Part shown: positions 1-7,938 of the stretch, piece after piece | Numbering within the stretch: the stretch's first letter is position 1 | Layout: the number at the start of each line of letters is the position of its first letter | NCBI GenBank assembly: GCA_016866975.1 | Contig: VGKP01000013.1 | Span: forward strand, 1-26,357 | DNA from: Candidatus Pacearchaeota archaeon | GTDB taxonomy: Archaea > Nanobdellota > Nanobdellia > Pacearchaeales > GW2011-AR1 | Reading direction: 5' to 3' | Length of the DNA: 26,357 bases | Program-made: the position numbers and the translations under genes | Notes under the pieces: generated by a model | Database searches by the model: none | Told to the model about the DNA's origin: nothing | Seen by the model: only the letters and a program-made list of their open reading frames with translations

Positions 1-35
1 ACATCTCCAGGTCTCAAGAATGCTTCTACAGCCAT
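1..35 (-). CDS. 5' end of a gene running off the window (MAVEAFLRPGD...), product unknown
   Basis: ATG at 35..33, open to window edge; TATAAATA at 64..57, the same -29..-22 spacing as other genes. Confidence 0.55.
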   Translation of the reverse strand, partial: MAVEAFLRPGD

Positions 36-239
36 ATTAAATCAGAGAATAGCTTCTATTTATAATTGACTTAAAGGCTAAAAGAACAAATTTGCTGGGC
101 CAACATGAAAAAGCCAAAAGTTCTGGTCCAGAACTTGTTCAACGCAATTTGAGAACCTGCTTAATACTGCTCTCACACATACAGAAGCGCGCAAAAGAGT
201 AACCTTATAAACTTTAATTCTTTTAAGAAATTAGTAAGA

Positions 240-1028
240 ATGATAATGAAAACAAAAAATAGATATTTCAAAAATATTGAATTTTCAAATCATAAACTTG
301 GTTTATACGATGTAAAAACGTTTATCAAAGATTGGGGTTCTGAACCACGAAGAGGCGTAGCTGAAGGGAGAAGCAGAATTGTGAAAAAGAATGGAGACAA
401 AGTCCTAGAAATAACTATTCCAAGGGGAACATTGAGTGATGGAGGGTCTTTTTGGAGATTACTCTTTCCAAAAGATTTCCTAAATGTAACATTTGAATAT
501 GATGTTCTATTTGGAAAAAATTTTGATTTTGTTAGAGGCGGTAAACTCCCTGGAATCGGTGGTGGATTGTCAAATGGATGCGGAGCAACTCCAGATGAAT
601 ATCAAAACGGCTTTTCAGCAAGATTAATGTGGAGAGTATTAAACTTCCATAATAAACACCTAATAAAAGACTCTCACAAGGCATACTTGGTTCAGTATAT
701 GTATTATCCAGATAGGCATCCATCAAAAAAATTCGGTGAAGATTTAATTTATAGATATAAGGGCAGAAAGATATTCGTAAAATCTAATAAATGGTATAAA
801 CTTAAAACAAACATAAAACTATCAGAAAACCCAAAAAGAAAAGATACAATCACGGCCTATGTAAATGGAAAAATGGTTTTAAATAAGAAATTAAATCTTA
901 GAAAAAAGACTACCTATGGGATTAATCAGATAATGTTTAGTTTATTTTTTGGTGGTGGAGAACCAAGTTGGGCTACGAAAAAGAAAGAGAAAATATACTT
1001 TAAAAAATTTATAATTGAAGGAAAATAA
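240..1028 (+). CDS. Polysaccharide lyase family 14-like protein
   Basis: Motifs FDFVRGGKLPG, GFSARLMWR, YMYY and MFSLFFGG..W recalled as typical of the PL14 beta-jelly-roll family; no signal peptide visible. Confidence 0.72.
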   Translation: MIMKTKNRYFKNIEFSNHKLGLYDVKTFIKDWGSEPRRGVAEGRSRIVKKNGDKVLEITIPRGTLSDGGSFWRLLFPKDFLNVTFEYDVLFGKNFDFVRGGKLPGIGGGLSNGCGATPDEYQNGFSARLMWRVLNFHNKHLIKDSHKAYLVQYMYYPDRHPSKKFGEDLIYRYKGRKIFVKSNKWYKLKTNIKLSENPKRKDTITAYVNGKMVLNKKLNLRKKTTYGINQIMFSLFFGGGEPSWATKKKEKIYFKKFIIEGK

Positions 1029-1237
1029 CGATCTTATTTTTGAAAAAAACAGCACGCTCTTCCGTCCCCACTTACAAAAATAGAAGATATAAATTTCATT
1101 AATCGCGAAAGAAAAAACTCCTTCGCTCCCTCATATTTTTTGATATTCATATTTCAGTAATCACAACAATAAATAGATAACAGATAAACACAGCAAATAA
1201 TTCGATATCCTAATTCTAGGAAATTGAGACCGAATGC

Positions 1238-1588
1238 TTACCTTAATGCAGAAAGCTTTTGTTTTATCCTATTTATCTCTAGGTCCAAAGCAAGGACTTT
1301 GTCTTGCTGCTTAGAATGAACTTCTTTAACATGAGAAGTATTGATATGTTTTGATTTTTCTACTTTTATGCTTGCCTTAGGCAATAGAGATTCAAGATGG
1401 TTCAATGATGACATGACATCATCAGCAGATTTCTTAAGCGCCACTTTGAGCATAAATTCTTCTTTTCTCAGTCTCCTATATTCATTATAATGTTTCATAG
1501 CATTGAGGATAAAAAACTGTGATTCAAGGAGGCTTTTCTTTCCATACTTTAACTCTTGAGGGCCAAGCCTAATATATTCCGTATCCAT
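1238..1588 (-). CDS. Hypothetical coiled-coil protein (start moved to MDTEY at 1588)
   Basis: Long helical heptad pattern; ATG begins 1 nt after the TAA of the upstream gene, suggesting coupling. Confidence 0.75.
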   Translation of the reverse strand: MDTEYIRLGPQELKYGKKSLLESQFFILNAMKHYNEYRRLRKEEFMLKVALKKSADDVMSSLNHLESLLPKASIKVEKSKHINTSHVKEVHSKQQDKVLALDLEINRIKQKLSALR

Positions 1589-1589
1589 A

Positions 1590-2282
1590 TTAATCAACCT
1601 TCTCAAAAAGTGCCTTGCTTATCTCATCTATCCTCGATTTTGCTTGCACCATATCTTTCTCCCATGCAGAAAACTCTTGCTCCTCTCTCATCTTTGTCTC
1701 TCTTATCTTCTTCAAAAGACTGTCTACACTTTCAAGCTGGTTTTGCACCATGCTTAATGCTCTTCTTGCAGAGTGGAACTTATCTATTTTTACAAAAACA
1801 TCAGAGCTGCGACTCGAAGATGGATAAGGGGCTGGCTGAGATACAGGTTCAACTATAATTGGTCTAGGCTCTGGCACAGGTTCTGGCAAAGTTTCTTCCC
1901 TAGGTGGAGGCAATAATGAGGTATTCTTTACAGATGCTCTAGATGCAAGAATAGGAGAAGAGGCAAGGGGCGACTCGTCATCTACTTCTACTACCTTGAA
2001 AGACTTAGGTTCTTGAGCGACACCAACTATCTCTGCGTCCTTAACAGAATCATTTACAATAGCATCCTTAATTGCTGCTTGTGAGAAACCTTTCGTCATA
2101 GGAGAATCAGGAAAGGAAGGAAGCCCATGCTTCTCTGTAGGAGAAGTGTCATCACTCTCTTCATTTTCAGGCATTCCAGGCATGGCTGATGGCGAAGCAG
2201 GCAGAGGAGTCTTTCCCTGTAAACCTGGCTTCATAGGAGGTAGATCCGGTAACTGCTTATCGTCTTTTTTACCCCAAAACAT
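1590..2282 (-). CDS. Hypothetical protein: Pro/acidic disordered region plus C-terminal coiled coil (VFVKIDKF...)
   Basis: 230 aa ORF; TATATAAA at -29..-22 (2311..2304). Confidence 0.8.
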   Translation of the reverse strand: MFWGKKDDKQLPDLPPMKPGLQGKTPLPASPSAMPGMPENEESDDTSPTEKHGLPSFPDSPMTKGFSQAAIKDAIVNDSVKDAEIVGVAQEPKSFKVVEVDDESPLASSPILASRASVKNTSLLPPPREETLPEPVPEPRPIIVEPVSQPAPYPSSSRSSDVFVKIDKFHSARRALSMVQNQLESVDSLLKKIRETKMREEQEFSAWEKDMVQAKSRIDEISKALFEKVD

Positions 2283-2381
2283 ACCAATAGGTTTTAAAAT
2301 TAATTTATATAGCTTTATATTAATTATTTAATAGTAACACCTTTTCGAAACATTTTTAATCAAACTTTTTCAAGGATGGAT

Positions 2382-3053
2382 ATGCAAATAGATCTTCTTA
2401 AAGATATTGTAGGTTCTGTCGCTGGAGAGAAGGCTAAATCTATAGTCGACCTCCTTCATCAGAAGAAGAATGTGAACGAATTTCTCGTGGCCAAGAAGCT
2501 GAAGCTTACTATAAATCAGACTAGGAACATCCTTTACAAGCTTGCTGACGAGGGGCTTGTAAGTTTTGTCAGGAAAAAAGACACGAAAAAAGGAGGCTGG
2601 TACACATATTTCTGGACACTCAACATAGAAAGGGGCCTGGCAAAATTCAAGGAGTACTTGCACAGTCTGATAAATTCTGAGAGACAACAAATACAAGTAA
2701 AGAAAACCGAGAAATTCTTCTTTTGCCCTAACTGCCAGATAGAGATGGGAGAGGAGCAAGCACTATCGATACAATATACCTGTCAGGAATGCGGAAAGAC
2801 TTTTGAATTGAAGGACAACTCAAAGGAAATTATGGCTCTTGAGAAAGAGATTGTTAAGCAGGAGAAGATACTCAATGATTTAGATAAGGAGTTGGACATA
2901 ATAAATACTCAGCAAAACAAGGCAAAGGCAAGAAAGCTCAAGGCAGAAGAAGTGAAAAAGAAAAAGGAGAGAGAAGAGAGGAAGAAGCAAAGAATTGGAG
3001 CGAAAAAGTTAAAGGAGAAGAAGAATAAGCCAAAAAAGCGGAGATCTAGTTAA
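2382..3053 (+). CDS. tfe: Transcription factor E (TFE-alpha) with Lys-rich tail
   Basis: Winged helix (NEF.VAKKLKLTINQTRNILYKL, GWYTYFW) plus CxxC...CxxC zinc ribbon; TATA spacing favours ATG 2382 over 2376. Confidence 0.92.
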   Translation: MQIDLLKDIVGSVAGEKAKSIVDLLHQKKNVNEFLVAKKLKLTINQTRNILYKLADEGLVSFVRKKDTKKGGWYTYFWTLNIERGLAKFKEYLHSLINSERQQIQVKKTEKFFFCPNCQIEMGEEQALSIQYTCQECGKTFELKDNSKEIMALEKEIVKQEKILNDLDKELDIINTQQNKAKARKLKAEEVKKKKEREERKKQRIGAKKLKEKKNKPKKRRSS

Positions 3054-3056
3054 ACC

Positions 3057-3890
3057 ATGCCTCGTTATCAGCATAGAAATAGATCCAGAAAAAGTTTGTA
3101 CAATTTCAGGACCACAACTTGGTTGATAATTACTAATGTATTAATATTCTACATCCTATTCTACTTAGCACCAGAATCTTCAAGATATATCCTTCTTCAA
3201 GGAAAACAGATAATCCAAGGTGAAGCCCTATGGACTTTGCTCACAAGTATGTTCATGCATCAAGGCCTATTACATCTTTTTGTGAACATGTTCTCGTTGT
3301 TCTTCTTAGGGAATTTCTGTGAACAGCTGATTGGCAAGAAGAGATTCATATGGTTATACCTTCTTGCAGGCCTTTTTGCCGGAATCTTTTTTGTACTAGG
3401 CACAATCATAGGATCAGGTATTCCATGGGGTCCAAGAGTTTTTGGAGACATCAACGCGATGGCAGCAGGAGCATCAGGTGCACTATTTGGACTTTTGGGG
3501 CTCTTGGCCATGTTGGTACCAAGATACAGAGTCTATCTTATCGTGGGTCCAATCATAGTATTTGTCTTACTTGCCATAATTGATACACTCCCACAATCGC
3601 CGGCCATATTCATAATAAATATCTTACTCAACATAATCCTGTTCGCCATGATATTCTCATTATTTATGCCTTCCAAGAATCTCCGTAAATTTTCAATACC
3701 AGTAGCATTACCTATGTGGTTTGCCCCTGTTGTTGCAATAGTGCCTCTGATAGTCATCAGTTTTGCCATAGACCTGCCTATCGGGAATAGTGCCCACTTG
3801 GGAGGCCTACTATTTGGATTGGCATATGGGACTTATCTAAGATTAAAGTACCCTCAAAAGATGCTGCTTCTCAAGAGGTTTTTCAGATGA
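3057..3890 (+). CDS. Rhomboid family intramembrane serine protease
   Basis: SMFMH..LLHLFVNM, GASG catalytic Ser, AHLGG catalytic His, multiple TM helices. Confidence 0.92.
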   Translation: MPRYQHRNRSRKSLYNFRTTTWLIITNVLIFYILFYLAPESSRYILLQGKQIIQGEALWTLLTSMFMHQGLLHLFVNMFSLFFLGNFCEQLIGKKRFIWLYLLAGLFAGIFFVLGTIIGSGIPWGPRVFGDINAMAAGASGALFGLLGLLAMLVPRYRVYLIVGPIIVFVLLAIIDTLPQSPAIFIINILLNIILFAMIFSLFMPSKNLRKFSIPVALPMWFAPVVAIVPLIVISFAIDLPIGNSAHLGGLLFGLAYGTYLRLKYPQKMLLLKRFFR

Positions 3891-4477
3891 AGAAGAGGCG
3901 CAGTCTATTGTCAAGGCTCAAATCATGGGCAAGTGAAGGATTAGAATATTTGAAAGAAAGCAGGAGATACATTTACCTTTCAGCAGCATTATTTATTTTA
4001 TTCATTGTTATTGGTTTTTGCTTTGCTGATAAGCTAACAATCTTGGACAGTGTGATTAAAGAGATGAGAGAGAGTGTTTCAGGTCTTGATGGAAAGGACC
4101 TGACTCGCGCAATTTTTTTATCAAACATACGCGCAGCATTTTTCTCTCTCTTCCTCGGTATATTGATGGGCATATTCACAATATTCAACATAGCCCTCAA
4201 TGGGACCTTGATAGGGTATGTTATAAACGCCCTGTGGATTGATTCCGGATTTACTCATTTATGGAAACTTCTACCACACGGAATATTTGAATTGCTTGCG
4301 TTGTTTATAGCATGGGGTCTAGGCATAAGGTTAGGAGCATTTATTTTCTCAAAGAATCCCGGAAAAGATTTGAAGAAGAGACTGATTGGATCAATAAAGG
4401 CATTTACATTTATAATAATCCCTTTGCTTTTCATAGCTGCAATAATTGAAGGTCTGCTCATTGCATTCATCGCATAA
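3887..4477 (+). CDS. SpoIIM/DUF95 family membrane protein
   Basis: IFLSNIRA, NGTLIG, LLPHGIFEL and IAAIIEG motifs; ATGA overlap with the rhomboid stop. Confidence 0.85.
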   Translation: MKKRRSLLSRLKSWASEGLEYLKESRRYIYLSAALFILFIVIGFCFADKLTILDSVIKEMRESVSGLDGKDLTRAIFLSNIRAAFFSLFLGILMGIFTIFNIALNGTLIGYVINALWIDSGFTHLWKLLPHGIFELLALFIAWGLGIRLGAFIFSKNPGKDLKKRLIGSIKAFTFIIIPLLFIAAIIEGLLIAFIA

Positions 4478-4556
4478 CTCAGCCATTAAGAACTCTGTTC
4501 TTGAGGTTTCCTTACAAGTTCACAATATTTAAAACATCAAGAAATAACCAACTTAT

Positions 4557-5081
4557 ATGGATCTTACAAAAGAAAGCGTTGAAGAGATTGACGCAGAGCG
4601 AGACATGGAGAATACCAAAAAAGTCGAGGCCGCATTGTTCATCTCGGGCAGGTTCCTTTCATTACAAGAACTTGTGGCCTTAACAGATGTAAACCCTCTT
4701 CTTCTTAAGAAAATACTTGAGGATCTTGTAGACAAATATAAGAGTTCGGGTATATCCGTTATCCAGCAAGACAGTCTTTGGAAGATGGACGTCTCAGAAG
4801 AATATACTTGGATGGTCAATAAACTTGCCACAGGAAGTTCTGAATTCAGCAAGGCGGAGCAAGAGACTCTCGCCATAATTGCTTATAAGCAGCCAATGAA
4901 GCAGTCTGTGCTTGTCAAGATTAGAGGCAACAAATGCTATGATCACATAAGAAAATTCACAGATATGGGTCTAATCAACAAGAAAAAAATGGGTCACACT
5001 GCAGAAATATCATTAAGCTCCAGTTTTTATGAGTATTTCCACCTTCCTCAAGGAGAAGAATTGCCAAGGCAGGGAGAGTGA
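4557..5081 (+). CDS. scpB: SMC-Scp complex subunit ScpB
   Basis: VEAALF, ETLAIIAYKQP, IRG..YDHI..tandem winged helix; TTTAAAAC at -29..-22. Confidence 0.92.
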   Translation: MDLTKESVEEIDAERDMENTKKVEAALFISGRFLSLQELVALTDVNPLLLKKILEDLVDKYKSSGISVIQQDSLWKMDVSEEYTWMVNKLATGSSEFSKAEQETLAIIAYKQPMKQSVLVKIRGNKCYDHIRKFTDMGLINKKKMGHTAEISLSSSFYEYFHLPQGEELPRQGE

Positions 5082-5085
5082 GATC

Positions 5086-6342
5086 TTGAATTTCTACCAC
5101 ATCCTTACATATATCTTGGTCTATTTGGGCCTTTTTGCTACTTCATTTTATTTACTAAGTCTTTTCTCTTATTATAGAAAACCTCGGAAGACTACTGATA
5201 AAAAATTCTCAGTAAGTATAATCGTACCTGCGTTCAATGAAGAAAAAACAATATCTAAGACCCTCCAATCTTTGCTTGAACTAGACTATCCTAAAGACAG
5301 AATGGAGATAATCGTTGTTGATGATGGTAGTACAGATAGCACATACTCGCAAGCAAAAAGATTTGAATCTAATATTGTCAGAGTAATTAGGAAAGATAAT
5401 GGTGGCAAAGGCTCTGCCTTAAATGCAGGCATAAAAGTCGCGAAAGGAGAACTTATTGCTTCCATGGATGCAGATAGTTTTGTCCAAAAAGACGCCCTTA
5501 AAAAAATGGTTGCTCTTTTCTATAATGATAGCGTCATGTCAGTAGCTCCATCCGTAGGAATAATCGAGCCAAAAGGCATACTGAGAAGAATACAGCATAT
5601 TGAGTATGCAATGGGAGTATTCCTCAGGAAATCATTCTCAACTCTCAATGCAATCCATGTCACTCCGGGAGCATTTTCACTCTATAGAAAAATATTTTTT
5701 GACAAATATGGCGGTTACGACGAGCATAATATTACAGAGGACCTTGAGATTGCCCTGCGTATCCAAAGCAAAGGATACGTTATCGAAAATGCAGAAGATG
5801 CAGTAGCATATACCAGGGGCCCAAGATATTTTAGAGAGTTGATGATACAAAGAAGAAGATGGTATACTGGACTTGCAAGAAATCTCTGGAGATACAAGAG
5901 CTTATTCGGTCCATCAAGAGGTCCACTTGGGACATTGGTCCTTCCGGCAGCAGTGATAGCCATAGTTCTGCCGATGATATTGGTAATATATCAAGTAATA
6001 AAGAACCTTGACGATATAAGGAGAAACATCATACTCTTGCAGTCTATAGATTTCAGATTCAAGGACCTTTGGGAATATAACAGTTATATCTTTGAACAGA
6101 TAATATTGTCATCATTAAGCTATCCCTTGTTCCTCATGAGTCTTCTTTTTCTGGCACTTCTTGCAGGATATCTTATATTCGCCAAGAGGATCACAGGTTT
6201 TAAGGAAAGATGGCAATTGAATTTTGTCTTGTTCTTCCTCCTGTATTATTTTCTTTTTGTGTTCTGGTGGATAGTATCTACAGCCTATCTTATATTTAAC
6301 AAGAAAGTTATATGGAGGAAAGAGAAGCATGAAGCAGGATAA
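5086..6342 (+). CDS. GT2 processive glycosyltransferase (cellulose synthase-like)
   Basis: IVPAFNEE, VDDGS, DAD, TED, QRRRW motifs with TM helices; TTG at 5086 is the likely start (ORF open from 5029 overlaps scpB). Confidence 0.9.
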   Translation: MNFYHILTYILVYLGLFATSFYLLSLFSYYRKPRKTTDKKFSVSIIVPAFNEEKTISKTLQSLLELDYPKDRMEIIVVDDGSTDSTYSQAKRFESNIVRVIRKDNGGKGSALNAGIKVAKGELIASMDADSFVQKDALKKMVALFYNDSVMSVAPSVGIIEPKGILRRIQHIEYAMGVFLRKSFSTLNAIHVTPGAFSLYRKIFFDKYGGYDEHNITEDLEIALRIQSKGYVIENAEDAVAYTRGPRYFRELMIQRRRWYTGLARNLWRYKSLFGPSRGPLGTLVLPAAVIAIVLPMILVIYQVIKNLDDIRRNIILLQSIDFRFKDLWEYNSYIFEQIILSSLSYPLFLMSLLFLALLAGYLIFAKRITGFKERWQLNFVLFFLLYYFLFVFWWIVSTAYLIFNKKVIWRKEKHEAG

Positions 6343-6976
6343 TTCAATTTATCTTAGAAGATACATCTATTCATTCTTTATAGCAACATTTCTTTTCATC
6401 TTGGTATTCGCGATAGCTGACTCATTCACACATATAAGTTATGAGAGAAACGCCAGGGAAAGTGAAGTCATAAGATCGTACATAACAGACCTCAATGGAT
6501 ATTTTAAGGAGCAGAGTTGCAGTGACCAACTGATTTTTGATGCTTCATTAAAGCTAGATAATGTGGGAAACAGGATAGACTTACTTGAAAAAAGATTTGG
6601 AAAATCTGATCAAAGAGTAGTGACTCAGAAGAAGCAATATGCAGAATTGCAGCATACTCATTATCTCATAATCCAAAGACTGAACAAATATTGTGGAGCA
6701 AAATTTATCACGGTACTATATTTCTATACTCAGGCCAAAGAAGAGAGCGATGCAAATGAGCAGGCTTCTTTCATCTTGAACGCGTTCAAACAGGAGAGTC
6801 CTGAGAGAATAATGATATATGCATTTGACTCCAGTATAGGGTCGGGAATTGTAGGCAACCTTAAGACCTGGTACAACATTACTTCAACCCCTTCTGTCTT
6901 GGTGAATCAAGAAAATAAGATAGATAAATTGACCCATATTTCACAGCTAGACCCATTTTTAAAAGAAGTAAGATAA
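6329..6976 (+). CDS. Hypothetical membrane-anchored protein, possible C-terminal thioredoxin-like fold
   Basis: N-terminal TM helix; YNITSTPSVLVN resembles a Trx-fold end without CxxC; overlaps the GT2 stop. Confidence 0.7.
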   Translation: MKQDNSIYLRRYIYSFFIATFLFILVFAIADSFTHISYERNARESEVIRSYITDLNGYFKEQSCSDQLIFDASLKLDNVGNRIDLLEKRFGKSDQRVVTQKKQYAELQHTHYLIIQRLNKYCGAKFITVLYFYTQAKEESDANEQASFILNAFKQESPERIMIYAFDSSIGSGIVGNLKTWYNITSTPSVLVNQENKIDKLTHISQLDPFLKEVR

Positions 6977-7124
6977 ATTGTCGTTCTCAAGAAGTATCAC
7001 CTAGTTACCCTTTTAACAAGTCATCTTAGAATTGTTACTGCCTTAGATGACAAACTTGCAGAAAGATTTAAAAGCAGACCGCAGATGTAATATATAGGAT
7101 ACAATATAACCATTACAATATACC

Positions 7125-7400
7125 ATGGCAGAAATTCGAGATAATTTTGATATATTCTTTAGAAGAAAGCCAGCCTTGCTCCTAGTAGCATTAAAGAGGC
7201 TTGCAAGAGCAAGATATGGTAGTGTCCTTGCAAAAGAAGTTGATTGTACCTACAGCCACGCCGTCAAGATATTACAATCTCTCGAAAAACTAGGTCTAGT
7301 CATGTTTGAGAAGAAAGGCCGCATCAAGCTTATCAAGCTCACCAAAAAAGGCCAGGAAATCGCTGATAATATTGAGAATGTGAAACGCCTTGTTGGTTAA
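7125..7400 (+). CDS. Small winged-helix DNA-binding protein (MarR-like)
   Basis: LAKEVDCTYSHAVKILQSLEKLGLV HTH plus KKGRIKLIKLT.KG wing. Confidence 0.85.
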   Translation: MAEIRDNFDIFFRRKPALLLVALKRLARARYGSVLAKEVDCTYSHAVKILQSLEKLGLVMFEKKGRIKLIKLTKKGQEIADNIENVKRLVG

Positions 7401-7459
7401 TTAATTCTAAAATTAATTGGTTATATCTCTTTTTTAAACATCTATTCTTAAAAATCAAA

Positions 7460-7564
7460 AAAACGATGCGCCACTGCGGCTTAAACCTCGAGGATGTGAA
7501 TCCTCGATGGCAGTCAGGAATCTTAGATTCCTGATGAGCCGCAGTTTGATGCAGGCGCTCGTTT
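7460..7564 (+). repeat. Structured dispersed element, copy A (multibranch fold)
   Basis: AAACGA/TCGTTT, GCGCC/GGCGC and CTGCGGCT/AGCCGCAG enclose hairpins CGAGGAT-GTGA-ATCCTCG and TCAGGAATC-TTA-GATTCCTGA; homologous copy at 17396..17474. Confidence 0.85.
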
Positions 7565-7566
7565 CA

Positions 7567-7673
7567 CCAAGAACATTGTTCTTGGATGCCATCAAGAATA
7601 GAAGATTCTTGAGGTTTGGATGCTCAAGGAACAACTCCAGCTTAAAAGCTGGAGTTTTAGTCAAGTTCCTTGA
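7567..7673. repeat. Array of REP-like palindromes
   Basis: CCAAGAAC-att-GTTCTTGG (7567-85), TCAAGAAT-agaag-ATTCTTGA (7592-7612), TCAAGGAAC...GTTCCTTGA (7624-73) enclosing AACTCCAGCT-taaa-AGCTGGAGTT. Confidence 0.85.
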
Positions 7674-7680
7674 CATAAAA

Positions 7681-7902
7681 TGGCCTCGAGGGGATTTGAA
7701 CCCCCGACACCTGGATTTCCTAAGAAACCTACGGTTCGTCAAGGACGAAGTCCTTGAGCACGCTCAGGAATCTTTGATTCCTGACGTCTTGTGGGTCAAC
7801 TTCCCTCAAGAAAATGCCTTATGTCCCCGAGGAGGGTTCATAAGGGTAACGTAGTTCCCTTATTAAGAGTCCAGTACTCTGACCGGGCTGAGCTACGAGG
7901 CC
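7681..7902 (-). tRNA. tRNA-Lys(CTT) with 147-nt anticodon-loop intron; CCA not encoded
   Basis: Acceptor GGCCTCG/CGAGGCC+A, D arm GCTCAG..., anticodon arm CTGGA-CT-CTT-AA-TCCAG after splicing, T arm GGGGGTTCAAATCCCC; 75-nt mature tRNA; upstream TTTTTAAA. Confidence 0.95.
7717..7863 (-). other. tRNA-Lys intron (147 nt; 7716..7862 if spliced at 38/39)
   Basis: Closed by TAAGGGAACTACG/CGTAGGTTTCTTA stem; contains four internal hairpins. Confidence 0.9.
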
Positions 7903-7938
7903 ATAAAACACAAAGCAAGAGATGATTTAAAAAAGTAT

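Noticed and set aside
1119-1129. 11-nt match TCCTTCGCTCC to the tRNA-Arg intron (25683-93)
   Set aside because: Many 11-mer matches are expected by chance in 26 kb.
4557-5081. scpB without adjacent scpA/smc
   Set aside because: Unlinked Scp and SMC genes are common; not informative from one window.
7455-7854. ORFs 7455..7742 (-) and 7507..7854 (+)
   Set aside because: They overlap tRNA-Lys and the palindrome array. Palindromic DNA gives open frames on both strands with repeated NLRFL-type peptides.
7717-7863. Box C/D guide inside the tRNA-Lys intron
   Set aside because: The CTGA lies in a palindrome arm and there is no properly spaced RTGATGA.
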